The position numbers and the translations under genes are program-made. Below the pieces are notes generated by a model that saw only the letters and a list, made by a program, of their open reading frames with translations, was not told where the DNA came from and did no database searches. A stretch of DNA of 56,027 bases, the filler included, from Platydemus manokwari (Eukaryota): the NCBI GenBank assembly GCA_037951405.1. It is 4 parts of 4 records of this genome, joined end to end, with 100 filler letters (N's around TTAATTAATTAA, not from the genome) between each part and the next. Parts side by side here need not be neighbours in the genome. Positions count along the whole stretch, not along the records: positions 12,761 to 24,985 come from JBBMOY010237783.1; positions 25,086 to 34,711 come from JBBMOY011224321.1; 2 more parts are not named here. The stretch is one strand, 5' to 3'. Below, piece after piece: positions 15,518 through 27,813 of this stretch. Each line of letters begins with the position of its first letter. Position 1 is the stretch's first letter.

Positions 15518-15829
15518 CAAATATATTAAAATAAAATAGGACGATTTTCAGTTGAGATAAAAAATTAAATATCCATAAAAAATAAAAGGTTGAATATTGA
15601 AAAAGGTTCTGTGGACCAGAAATTGGTCATCGACTGCCTGATTGGAGAAATAGAGATGTGCGTTAATCGGTCGACAACTCCAAATCAGGCTAAAAATGTT
15701 CAAAATAAGTAAATAAATAAACATATAAAGTAATGACTTTTTATGTCTCTGGCTTATGTTATTGATTTATATTATTATCTCATGATAATAAAAAAATGAT
15801 GGAAATTAATTTATGAATTTGAGCTTTAG

Positions 15830-16070
15830 GGCTATTAAGTAAGCAGAGTAGGACAGTGCAGGAATATTTGAATACCGCAGTCAAATCGAGAGATTTTCCA
15901 GTGCAATCTGAATCAAATTGCAAAGCAAGCATATTATTTATACCATGGTATACCATGGTATATTAAAGATATAACGTAGCATATTACATTGTGCATGGTT
16001 CAAGTAGTTCATTTGGGCTTCCTTTGTAGAAGTAGGAGCACCCGTATCTGTTACGGAGTTTACATTTGTA
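15830..16070 (+). mobile_element. Degenerate Ty3/Gypsy RT N-terminal relic
   Basis: The frame from 15841 reads KQSRTVQEYLNTAVKSRDFPVQSESNCKASILFIP, resembling LKEYLxxxLxxGFIxxSxSPxxAPILFVP. Removing a 10-bp tandem duplication (15941-15960) lets it continue as KDIT*HITLCM, resembling KDGxLRLCV. Confidence 0.4.
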
Positions 16071-16939
16071 CTGTTAGGTTAATTTCTAATTTATCATAAA
16101 ACAGTACTTAACTATTTTATTTAACGATAAAAATATTTTACCATTAAAATCAATAATCATTTAGCTTTATTATTATTATTTAACCAAAAATATTAACTAT
16201 TTTACTATTAGGATTTTTCCATTTAACTTCCATATTATTTGCACATTGAAAAGATGAAAAAAATAAAAAGTAAAAATAATATTAACATTAAAACCAAACT
16301 TTAGAGAAAAAAAATTGACTACTTTTATACAGCTAAATAAGTAAATTTATGCAAATGTAAATAATAAATAAATAGATAATCGATATTTCCAAAACCCCAA
16401 CACATGTATATGTGTAAAACGTCGAAACAAAGATTTAAAGATGTCAAAATTGGTATGGCATTCGTCTTTGCTCCACACCATGTGTATAAGTGTAGAAAGC
16501 ATTTTGTTGAAAATGAATTTTAGAGAATTTTAATGTTAAAATACTTGATAGGAATATTATGTTTAATGAAAAGTGAAATTTATATGCATTGATTAAAGTG
16601 AATAAAAGAACTGAAATATTAAGAATTCGGTTGGTACAATTATATAGTGAGCATCTAAGTAACTGTTTTCAAGTAATAAAGAAAAACAGTTCAGTTAAAA
16701 ATAATGTGAAAATATAATAATAAAAAGGAAAGTAATTATTTGGAATAAGAGATACAATGACAAAAATAAAGAAATGATAAATATTTGGAGAAATTAAAAT
16801 TATTGTAAAAATTTGTAAGTGCAAAAGACTGAAATTCGTGATTTAGAAGAATAAAATTGTAGTATCTTTGAAAATACGTTCAGATTTATTCATTGGAAAA
16901 CAGTGTAAACAGAGCCATTCTTATGAGATTCAGACTTAA

Positions 16940-18060
16940 AACGATTAAAATAATAATTAAAGTTAAATTTCGGCTGAAAAACGTTTCATTGATTTTATAA
17001 AATATTTTTTAAGCTAATTCGTCGATTAAAAAGATTTGATTTAAACTGAAACTGGCATAATGTAGAAATATTCTACTATTAGTCTAAGTAAGCGAATCGT
17101 AGCTAGGAGTACTAATCTCGAGTTAAATTCGTGTCTTGTTGTATCTTGATTGTTATAACTATAGACCACACTACATCAGCTAAACAAATACATCAAATAT
17201 ATTAAACAAATACATATTAAATGAATATATTAAATTTCATGACAAACAAATCAATCAGTCACAAATAACCAGAACTCGAAAGAGGAATTCGAAGATTCAG
17301 ATTTTCATTTACACCTATCTTATTATTTACAATTAGTGATGATTCTAATTGTAAGATAAATGAGTCAAAAACAACAACTCTTGTAAATGAATCAATTATA
17401 CATTATAATCTCCAAATTTGTAGAAAATGCAATAACAATGCAAATGACAACAGGTCTATTATCATTTTAATGTCCATGCGATAAGTTGTCAATGCAATAT
17501 TGGTAACTGCTGCTTTAATTTTAATTTTTCTCATACATTATTATGACGAATTATAAAAGCAATTATAATAGTAGAATAACCGCCATGATAACTATAAAAA
17601 TAATAATAAAATCACTTAGAAGGCTGAATTTACAGTTGGATTTATTACAATAGATTGATCAACAGTTATTGAGAAACTCGACACCTGAGTTACTATCACT
17701 AGAGACAAAAATACCAGTCGATATACGGCTATCAAAATTCGTTAACGCAAGAAACTAAGTACAAATATCAAACTGAATCACATTAAACACCCAAAAAATC
17801 TACGTCAGAGTGAAACCTAATTATGTGATTCAAATAGAAAACATAGTTGACTACCAGAGAAAATTTACAGACAATTTCAGTCAGGAAAATTACCAAGCAA
17901 ATGATCATAACAAGTAGACAGAACTTTCAATGATTATTAGTACTAAAATAGTTGTAGGAAATAAGTGATCTAAAAAACACTAATCGATAACTGACTCGTA
18001 TTTAATCCAAACTTTACTCTGAATTACAACCAACAGGTACCATGTGACAAAAATCAGTAA
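16940..18060 (+). repeat. Copy A of unclassified hairpin/intron/YSDSEE dispersed element
   Basis: Colinear blocks shared with the reverse complement of 30800-32430: actggcat, the gtaga..tctac hairpin, ctaagtaag, tactaatct, tcgtRtctt, actataga, ctattRtcat, tgcga, caatat..ggtaa, gctttaat and an exact ccaaactttactc (18008-18020). Confidence 0.7.
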
Positions 18061-19895
18061 TCTAGGTTGAGGAAATATATAATCACTATTGTTTTGTGAA
18101 ATTCTCAGTAAAAAAATAACTAAAATCATAATATTTTAAATTTTACATATTTTTCTTGTTTATTCACGGAAGATTTGTCGATGACTGCTATTCTTTAGTA
18201 AATTTATTCTTATAAATTTGCTATTTTATTTATATATCTTTTTGTAATCACGTATTATTTAAGAAAAAGGTAATCGATTCACTAATTCATTTATTCATCA
18301 TTTTTTTCTGTTTATTTACAACACTTTCACGACATCTTATTTCTGAGAAGTTTCTCACCGTGATATATTGTTATAGATCATTTGAAATCCGAAGTTCTTG
18401 TTTAACAATTGTTATAAATTGAATTATCTATAAATGTCTATTACCATTTCATTAAACCAATAGTAATAAATCCATCAAAGTAGAAGGGAAATCATAATAT
18501 AGCAAGTAAAGTCTTCAAAAATAGAGAAATAATATCAATAAAAAGTACAATAGAACGGGTTACAAAAAATAATAAAATAATAAAATAATAAAGAGAAATA
18601 ATAAAACAACTGATAGGTCGTGACGATGAAACGGTATAATAAACAGTATGGAGTCAAGTTGTAACAAACAAATAATAGAAAATGTAAAAAAGAAATAGCT
18701 CAATACAAACAATAATTACTATAACAAAATTTAAATAAAAACGTGAATAATAACCACAAAGTTAATAATATGATAAAAAATCACTAAGCTAATTTACTGA
18801 AAAATAATAGATGAGGCATAAATAAATACAAAACCATATAGCATCTTCACATTATTGTGATGACAAGAATGTTGTATTTGAAAATTTTCTGTTAGTAAGA
18901 GGATCTCCATCAGATAAAATGAGAAAAAAAGTGACTAGATAAATATATCTTCTTTCGTTATACAATCAGACAAAGCAAAACACATTGGTATGTTTAACTT
19001 GATATATAAGTAGTAACTAAATTTACTCAAAACATAATTAAATAAAATGGAATTTTTGAGAGAAATAATTTCAAGCATTTGAGAAAGCTTATCTGAAGAC
19101 AACTCTCCCATATTATCTCCGAGAAGAATTCTTAAAATACAACTACTAACGACGAGAATTGCCGGATAACTGAAGTATGTCGTTAATTTCAGCATTACTC
19201 TAGTCATCCTTGTAGAATAAGAAATTACAAGCTGCCATGAATTTATTGTCAATGTTTGATTTTATTCATAAGCATATTGTTATTTAATGTTTTTATATTC
19301 GGTTAATATTAGTGATTATATTCATTGATATATTTAATTCGTCACCATTTTCTCTTTGGTCTCTATTAAAGTCTTCAAAATTGACTGATGATATAAGAAG
19401 ACAACTAATTAAAGAATAACTTATTATAAGTGCTACTTTTCACTCGTATATATTTGTAATATTGTTTCCACTTATTTTATAAGTAGTGCTTGTTTGGAAC
19501 AATTTTTTCCAAAATTTGAAATAATTTTATTTTACATATAATTTGACATAAATACAGATTTCAGTGCAACAATATATTATCAAATGAAAATAAATGTAAG
19601 TAAACAATAATTATTAATGTGTCGAATAAGAACTAAATTTGATTTTCACAAATCTTTAACAGCGTATTATAAATATAGGGACAAATTGATTTAAAAATGT
19701 AATATTTTAAAATTTTAACTATTACAAATTAACTGTATTAATTGAACATAAATTTTAATTTCATATATAATTATTAAATATAATTATTAAATTTAATTAT
19801 TTTTCTTTTAAAATATTGATTAACTTGTTTAAATAATACATCATAATTAGTTTTATCTTTAAATAATATAGATAATAAAAATTTAATTATAATAG

Positions 19896-20803
19896 ATGGC
19901 AAATAAAGATGTAAATAAAAAGTATGATCTTGAGATAAAACGAAAAGAAGTTAAGGGAGTTTCGAAACCGTTTATATTTGTCGACAGTTCAAGTAGTGAT
20001 GATGAAAGTAATAAAATTCCTACATTAAGTTTCAGTTCAAATTTTAAGAAACAGGATACCAGTAAGTTTGAAAAAGCCCTTCAAGAAGATCCTACTATAT
20101 ATGATTATGATTCTGTTTATGATCAGATATCAACAGCAGGTACTAAAAATACTAAACCCGAAGAAAAACATCGAGTAAGAATTTTTAACAATTTCTAATG
20201 GAATTTTCCGAATATTTTTAGCCAAAACTTGCAAAAATATTCATCGAAAATGCCGAAAAGAAAAATATGCGCCAACAAATTGTATTTTCGAAAAAAGCCA
20301 AACGAGAAAACGAAGTCGACAAAAAAGAGGTCTTCGTAACGAGTGCCTATAAAAAAGAACATCAAAAACTGTTGGAAATGGATCGAGAAGATCGTTTACA
20401 GGAAGAAAAGGAAAAGAACGACAACACGAAACAAACCGACCGATTGGCATTGTACAGTTATTTATTGGATCAAAAATTGAATTCCCATTCGAAACCAACC
20501 GACGAGAAAGAGTCTGACGAACAAATCGGTAAAAAAGTCGAAACAGAAGCAGCACAAACTGCCGCAGAAGAACCGGTGCAGGATAATAATTCCGAAGAAA
20601 ATGAAATCGTTAAACAGGCCATGAAGGCTAAAATGGTGAGGGATAAAGCTTTGAAATTTTTGCAGAAACCGAGTACAGATTATATGGTGGCTCGATTCGC
20701 GAAGAAAAATGATGATTTGTCCATCCAAAATGCTAAAGAGCGATATTTGAATAGGAAAAGGGGTGTGAAAAGGGCAGTTGTAGAAGATGATGATAGTGAT
20801 TAA
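19896..20803 (+). CDS. NSRP1: Nuclear speckle splicing regulatory protein 1 (CCDC55/DUF2040); exons 19896-20174, 20222-20803
   Basis: ALQEDPTIYDYDSVYD, PK...ENAEKK, KEVFVTSAYKK and the C-terminal AKERYLNRK match NSRP1 motifs. A 47-nt GT-AG intron (20175-20221) joins the two ORFs in frame. Confidence 0.9.
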
Positions 20804-21120
20804 ACAATGATTTTTATTGAAATATATTTGTTTTTATTGATGTTTTAGTCGATATTTTTATTGATTTTTTTTATTGAAAATTTGATCTGATAAAATCTTT
20901 TATTAATTTTAAATATCGATTTAACTGTAATAATGAATTGAGCATTGTATTGATTTTCTTCGCTTTTACACTCCATTTATCACCCGCATTCCTATTTGGG
21001 AAATTTCCACTGAAACAACTGGTTGTGGACTTCGTGGTAGAGTTACTGAACCAATCAATTGGCTGTGCTTTTGTTTTCATGGTTAACTCTTTGAGTTCCT
21101 GAATCAGAATGAGCACATAA

Positions 21121-21690
21121 ATGATCTTAATCATGTCACTGCGTAAAACTTCGAAAAACACAGGCTCCTCAACTACGAAAAAATACCGTCAGATTGCCAC
21201 TGAAATCAAAACGAAGATCCGATTCGAAACCTCTCTAGACGTTCTTTGTATAGGAGTTCTCGGCTCTTGGGATCCAATAAACAACAAAGTCCTAGCCAAC
21301 ATCGGACTTACTAAGTCCCAAATCACCCTCATTGCCCGCCATTTAATCAGCGCACTTCTAAAGGATGCCTTCGTCACTTGCAGAGCTCATACCAACAATC
21401 GAAACCTCAAGCCACCATCCTGGTCAAGAGCAATCAACCAGCTAGCAATCAACAACCATAACTGATAATAGCTCTATCCACTAGGTAATCGAACAATTCT
21501 CTAAGAATCTCATACAAGCAAACTTACCGGACGTATCAAAGGATTAATCAATTTTATAAAAAGATGTGAGGGCTTGTGCCAAAGATAAAAATAGCCAACC
21601 AAAAGCAGTAAATAAGACATGTATCTCCTCACTGATGTACTGGTGGCCAGTATTGATGTCATTTTTTCTTTCGCCCATATACTAGCGGTA
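21121..21690 (+). mobile_element. 5'-truncated RLE-bearing non-LTR retrotransposon (NeSL/Utopia/R2-like): endonuclease C-terminus and 3' UTR
   Basis: KKYRQIA...VLCIGVLGSWDPINNKVLANIG...LIS...RAH matches the KxxKY...VGxLGxWDPxN...H end of NeSL/Utopia-type restriction-like endonucleases. A frameshifted HVTA*NFEKHR lies upstream. The 3' boundary is approximate. Confidence 0.8.
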
Positions 21691-21869
21691 AGAATTTAAA
21701 GGATTAACTATTCGTAATTTGTTAATATTATTTTTTATAAATATTTCGTGGTTTTCAATTATATGACGTAATGAGTTGCGCTTGATCTGTCACTCCAATA
21801 TTTTCTACTTTCTACATTTTGGGAATTTATATTTTGGAGAATACTTTATTTGCAATCAATCGTATCAAA

Positions 21870-22110
21870 TACAAAACAAGATTTAATTCAAAAATATTGT
21901 TAAGGATAAAAGTTTCGTGCTTTAAACAATTATTTAAAGATCGATGTTTATGATTGACAACTCAGATGAGCATAAAAATATAAATATCTGTCAATAAGGC
22001 AGTTTGCCATAATGAGAACGAAACACAATTTTAATAAAAGCAATGCTGTGTCGACCGGTGAATTTAATTTTAAATCATATCGAATTTACCTGCTGGAGTT
22101 AAAGAGTCTC
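21870..22110 (+). repeat. Copy B (partial) of unclassified hairpin dispersed element
   Basis: ttaatt..aaaatat...gtttcgtgc, gagcataaaaata, ataaggcagt and tgcca...acgaaa are colinear with the reverse complement of 32030-32410, with internal deletions. Confidence 0.6.
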
Positions 22111-22892
22111 GGTGTCAATAAACAATTGAAAACAAAATCCTTATTTCAATGACCAACATTTCAACTTTTGTCCAAAAGTTTTTGAATTAAATTTTTATTC
22201 AGTATATGGTAAAAATTTCCTAATTTTTCTTTAATACTGGAATACCAATAGTTCAAATCAAAACTAAGTTTTAAGTTTACTTTTTAAACTCTATGAATTC
22301 TGGTTTCAGATCTGGAGCTCAGGGTCTAGTTATAATCAACATGTTAGATTAATTGTAATTTTTGATTAATTATATATTCTTTTAGGGCTATGAAAATAAT
22401 AAATATTTTTTCTTTTCATCTCCTGAATTTTATGATTAGATTTTATGTTACTGCTCGTATATACTTGAGCGATATTTTCTTTTTTTAATTATGATTATTA
22501 TAATTTTTAATATAATAACTTTTAGGATTTTAATCAAATCCTATATCCTGTTAGATATCTACTAACACTGAATATTCAAAAATGAAATAATGAATTACAA
22601 AGTTACACGTCAAAATCGATTGTCGATATTTGCACTTTAAATCACACTCAAAGGAACAAAGTCAATTAACGATTCACAATGAGATTAGAACCAAAAGAAT
22701 AAAACAACGACGGAAATAACGACCATCAGAATGTTCACACTAAATAATTAAAGTAGATAGAAGGTTACCGCGAATGAAATTCATGCAGTTCGTGAAGAGA
22801 TTCAGCTCGTTTTATAGAAATGTTGTGTACGTGTTACCTTGCTACATTGTAACTGTACATTTTTTATCGTTAGAACCGTTTACATACTAGAG

Positions 22893-23273
22893 TAGCGGTT
22901 CTCAATATTTTTTCTATAGCGACTCCAAAGAAAATCAATATAACTAAAATAAGTCATAACACACCATATTTAATAAAATATTTAATATATAGTATATATT
23001 ATATAGAATCAAATGATATTTAGTTATCATTTAATTTACATTTCATTGATTTACAACAACTAATGAATCACCTATAATAATAAGATTATCTGATAATAAT
23101 GTTACCTATAAAATACTTAACTGTAGTAGTCAAGGTAATTGTGAACAGAAGTAGTTTAACCAGCATCACAAACTACTTATTCAACGGCATCATAAAACAA
23201 GATTTTTCACATGTAATGGTTTGTACATCTACAATAATTCTGTGACCTCTTTAAAAATGCTTGAGGACCACTG
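22893..23273. mobile_element. 381-bp hAT (Charlie-type) MITE
   Basis: TIRs TAGCGGTTCTCAA / TTGAGGACCACTG. TSD TACTAGAG (22885-22892) vs CACTAGAG (23274-23281) matches 7/8 with central TA. Confidence 0.8.
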
Positions 23274-23579
23274 CACTAGAGTGTTAGTAGCTTCTCTTCT
23301 AACTCTTCTGCCATCTTGATTTTTGTTTGCTGTTGTTGATATGCGTCAATGGATGACGAAATCTATTTATAAATTGGTATTTTAGTGTCATTTGTGCATA
23401 TTGAACTTTTTCAGGGTAATTCAATTCTTTCAGTTGATATTTTGCTTTGTTTTGTTTCATATTCAACAATTCTAATATAATCCGCATATTATTCATTATT
23501 TATAAGTAGTGATATAGACCATTCATAAAATTCCCTTTCAGATCTCCTCAATTTTAAATATTATTGAGTAAAAAAATTT

Positions 23580-24730
23580 CATCTACAGAACATAAATTTA
23601 TCGCAAAAAGATTAAAAACAGGAAAATTTTCATTTCCGTAAAAAATTAAATTATTTCTTTTACGAAACTAAAAAATTCAAGGTTAGAAATCAAGAAACTT
23701 CTAGAAGAGGAAAAGTATATTTTTCAAAATTTTATTTTCTATTTTTAATAAATAATTTATTATTTAATTTTATTTAATGATTTCAGAAAAGTTGAAAGAG
23801 TTTATTTAACTCCAAAATAAGAATTTGAGGTATTTCATGGACGATAAATATAAAACAAAAGGAAATGGAAAGTGATGAAATTTTTACTAAGCAAAACAAG
23901 AAATTATAAATTATAAGGGCACATCTATTCCCTAAGAATTTAAAAAATTGCAAATTAAAGAAATCGATCGAAAAAATTTGGATGACAGAGTTCCAAATGA
24001 AGAAAATATAAATGAAGTCATTAAGAATCTTAATAATAAAGAAAATGAGAACTTCCGAATTCTAAATGAATCAGGAGGACGAAGAATCACCAACGAAATA
24101 GTTATTATAGATGTAAGTATTGAGATTTTTAACTCAAGAAGAGAATTTATTAATCAAATAAAGAATCTGGAAAATAATATCAAAATTCGATCAAAACATG
24201 ATTTAGAATATTTTGGAACGATAGGAACAATTTTGAAAATATTTAAATATTCTAACATCACAAATTACAAAAACCAATTTCAGGTGGAAAGACTCAATTA
24301 TAAAATTGACTACATCAAATTTTTAACCAGATTTTCCGAAATTTCCAAAAGCAGCCTTAAAATATCAAGTGATACAATCAACACAGGATATATAAAATAT
24401 TTTAAATAGATAAAAATTATTTTTCAAGAAAGTTAAATTTATTTTTAAATATCAATAATTTATTATTCTCTCACAAAAAGAAATTTGATTATTATATCAA
24501 TGCTCAAATTTTGAAACTTAATCTAAAAATCAATATAGAAAATTGATTATTAATATATGTAATGTAACTGTGAAATCGAAAAAAATCCAATTTAAAAGCA
24601 AAGTTTATTTTTGTATTCTTGAAGAAAAAGAAGTTGAAATTCAAATTAAAGGTGGGAAAATCTATACAGTCTCGACTGATAAGCATTCGGTTGTACACAA
24701 TCTCAGGTTTAATTTATTTCATTTTTAAGA
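23580..24730 (+). pseudogene. Decayed coding-like region of unknown family (includes the 153-codon ORF 23948-24409)
   Basis: Several adjacent K/N/I/E-rich open frames on one strand, an intron-like gtatat...tttcag segment (~23715-23786), and stops. No family recognised. Confidence 0.3.
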
Positions 24731-24985
24731 AAAATGACCAACGATGAAAAACTTAAAGAGAATTGTTAAAAATTTTAAATCAAAATACTTTTGTTGAAAT
24801 GGAGAAAAATATATTTATCTAGGAATAATTTTAATATATTAAGAAATATAATTGACTATAAACAAGATTATAAAGAAAAAAATATGCAAGAATTTTATCT
24901 ATATTAACTACCAGGTGTACCGGTATGAAATGAGCGTTTTTTTGTTAAAATGAAACACTAATTTTGAATGGAAAAGTAAAAAACA

Positions 24986-25085
24986 NNNNNNNNNNNNNNN
25001 NNNNNNNNNNNNNNNNNNNNNNNNNNNNNTTAATTAATTAANNNNNNNNNNNNNNNNNNNNNNNNNNNNNNNNNNNNNNNNNNNN
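24986..25085. other. Artificial scaffold linker
   Basis: N44-TTAATTAATTAA-N44. Confidence 0.97.
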
Positions 25086-25601
25086 GGTAATCCTACTGAT
25101 GTCGTCAAAGTAAGAATGCAGAATGATATGAAATTACCGATTGAAATGAGAAGAAATTATAAGCATGTATTTGACGGACTATTTAAAGTTATCAAACACG
25201 AAGGAGTACCTACTTTGTATAGAGGAGTCTATGTGTCTTGTCTTAAAAGTACTCTAGGTACTCTTGGTCAAGCTGCAGGATATGAGGAATGTAAATATCA
25301 ACTAATGAAATATAAAGTACTCAAAAATGATACTCACACTCATATAGCAGCAGCATTCGGAGCAGGTGTAGCGATGTTGGTTTTGGTTGTACCTTTTGAT
25401 GTAGTGAAATCGAGATTAATGAACGGATCACAGAATCAATATAGAGGTGTGCTTTCTTGTATCAAGGAAATAGCTTCGTTTGGTTTAAGAGGCTTTTACA
25501 AAGGTTTGGTTCCATCATTTATCAGAATAATGCCACACAATATATTATTATTTGTTATCAAAGAAAAGTTGACAGAACATTTCGGTAAAAAGGATGAATA
25601 A
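25086..25601 (+). CDS. SLC25A10: Mitochondrial dicarboxylate carrier, 5'-partial (cut by the scaffold start)
   Basis: GNPTDVVKVRMQNDMKLPIEMRRNYKHVFDGL matches the SLC25A10 signature (VRMQNDxKLP..RRNYxHxxDGL). The carrier motifs PFDVVKSRLMN and GFYKGLVPSFIR are present. Confidence 0.9.
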   Translation, partial: GNPTDVVKVRMQNDMKLPIEMRRNYKHVFDGLFKVIKHEGVPTLYRGVYVSCLKSTLGTLGQAAGYEECKYQLMKYKVLKNDTHTHIAAAFGAGVAMLVLVVPFDVVKSRLMNGSQNQYRGVLSCIKEIASFGLRGFYKGLVPSFIRIMPHNILLFVIKEKLTEHFGKKDE

Positions 25602-26282
25602 GTTGTTGTGTTACATCTTGACCTTGATTTTATTTATCGATTTAAATTGATCTAAATTGATCTCAATCAATAGTTTCATGTTTCTTGTAATCCTTATAAA
25701 TAATGATAAAGCTTGATTTTCTGTTTTCTTATTTTATTAGTTGCTAAAATAATAAAAATTATTGCTTAACCTATAATTATTTTTTATTATTCTTAAGATC
25801 ATCTCGAAACACTAAATTTGTCTATCGAATTACTCGTAAGATTAGCCCTAATCACTAAGTTTTTTCTAGCGAATTTTTAGAGAGTGAATTGTGATGGAAA
25901 TCCATCAGCTTAAATCGATGCTGAGATTCGGTACTTTGTAATTGGGAATTTCCATTACTCCTGTAAATTTTAAGTCATATTTTTACATTGGACCCTTAAT
26001 GTTTATAAGGGTCCTAACCCTTAAAAATTATTAATAATTTATCTAACCTTAGAAATTTTATTATTAAATCATTGACATTAAAATTAAATTTTCTATTTCT
26101 TTTGTTCACTCTCTTATTTATAAATAATAATACATTTTCCATATTATTTTTTAAAATTCTTTATTTTTTACATTTTTATCCATGTTAAAAATTATTACAA
26201 AAAATAATTACATGTTATGATTATAATTATAAGGATTTACAATCAAGATTTAAAAGTCACAAATGATCAGAATATCAAAATA

Positions 26283-26760
26283 TCAAATCATTATTGGGAA
26301 TTGGATTGTCTGGGCCCTTCGAATTCGCAGTTCGCAGCAGAATCCTTGCCGACATGAGGAGTCTAAATCCACGCTCCAGCTTTGGGTAGCCCATGTTTCC
26401 CATTTTGGGTTTGGTTTTATGGGTTTAATTACTATTGTCGTACCGGGTTTCTCGACTATTAGTGTACCGGGTCTTTGTCTGAGGGATGTTCTTGGTTTTT
26501 TGAACACAAGGTTACTCGGTGATGGTTGTGGCAGTTGTGGTTTCTGGGGCAGCTGCTGTTGCTGTCTCCATTCATTGTAAGACTTGATGCTAAATGAAAT
26601 CTTTTCGTCTTCGCTCTCCTCACTATCTGAGTAGAGCACTAGACGTTCCAATTGTCTTCCCAACATTAATTTGAAATCTACATTATTGGAATTTATATCT
26701 ATCGATTTTTAATCTTTGGAAAAAACTGAATAATATCTCTCTGTAAAAGACCAATTTTTG
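26283..26760 (-). pseudogene. Best-preserved copy of the YSD(S)EE orphan ORF (127-aa ORF 26666-26283; homology continues upstream past one TAA)
   Basis: ERYYSVFSKD*KSIDINSNNVDFKLMLGRQLERLVLYSDSEESEDEKISFSIKSY aligns by eye with the 41476-41700 copy NDYYEILCLDQEYAIVLIDFDCLIYYRL...FYSDSEETESAPVAEKIPITIVSY. Confidence 0.55.
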
Positions 26761-27454
26761 ATAAAAAAACAACATAAAATTTACACCCAAAAAGATCAGA
26801 CCTTTTGGCTTCTATGAAAAAAATATAATGAAATCTTAAGATAAAACTAGGTGTTCTTGCATGTACTAAAAGATCGCTATACCAATCTGTTTTGTAAGAT
26901 AATTAGTGTGAGTTAACTTTGTACGAATATCGAGATTTGTCAATTTCTGTGTGAATATCAATAAATCTTAAATCAAAATAAATCCTTACATGCATATAAG
27001 AATCCATGGTGTTGATTTGTTAAATTAACATCCACAACCAAACAAGTGCATATAAATTAACTTTACTCAATTTTCAGATATAATAGCAAACTGGAACACG
27101 AGTGAGTGAATTTAAAGAGAATAAATCAGAAATTACCGTGCGTTCAATAACAATATAAGTCTGCATCGTGCGGAAGTTAAGCGAAATACTGTCAATATTT
27201 ATGTCAATTATTTTTATTATGCTATCTCATAATCCAGTGTAGTTATAGATATTTATTTAACAAGCGTATTTAAAATAGTGACCTGATATTATACATGGTT
27301 ATTGATTTCGGAATGAGACTGATTTCCTTGTTATGTTTGCTATAGATAATGAGTTTTCATGTTCATGTAAAGTGATCAACATGAAAACCAAAAATATATA
27401 TTAAAAATAAACTATAAGTTAATACAAATTTGACTTGGATTGATCACTTTCATT

Positions 27455-27680
27455 TGTCAATATCACTCACCTAATTCCTCACTTTCTTGGATCACTTTGC
27501 TTAGCTCATTGTCATCATGTGTTCTTGTTTATATGGTTCGTCATCTGGTTCTAATTAATACGCGCTTGTTTATGGATTTCATCTGTAGAAAGAAGCTGAT
27601 ATCGTCTCTGAGCATATCCTATCATTTTTTGTATTGAGTTTTCAAATTCTTGTATACATTGTCCTCTCAATATAGATATT
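27455..27680 (-). mobile_element. Possible retrotransposon Gag relic
   Basis: RGQCIQEFENSIQKMIGYAQRRYQLLSTDEIHKQARIN* and, after a frameshift, LSKVIQESEEL resemble the Gag pattern G.S..EF...L..L...A ... L..AI..A..IE. Weak. Confidence 0.3.
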
Positions 27681-27813
27681 ATTTTAAATAATTTGCAACA
27701 TTTTTAAATATAGAAAATATAAATTTTTTTAAAAAATTTCCAGTTTAAATTAAAAAAATTTAAAGAAAAATTAAGACAATATATAATTAATTAACATTTT
27801 CCCAGTATTTTAA

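Noticed and set aside
18425-18790. Hydrophobic minus-strand ORFs under a TGA=Trp code (possible NUMT)
   Set aside because: Two different frames are both open, which T-rich composition explains. No convincing mitochondrial protein motif.
20241-20728. Antisense ORFs over NSRP1 (likewise over EXOSC9, RBBP5 and 26263-26580)
   Set aside because: They are shadow frames of the real or better-supported ORFs.
23787-23960. TAA read-through suggesting stop-codon reassignment
   Set aside because: NSRP1, SLC25A10 and GPD2 end in TAA and have no internal TAA/TAG. Decay is the simpler explanation.
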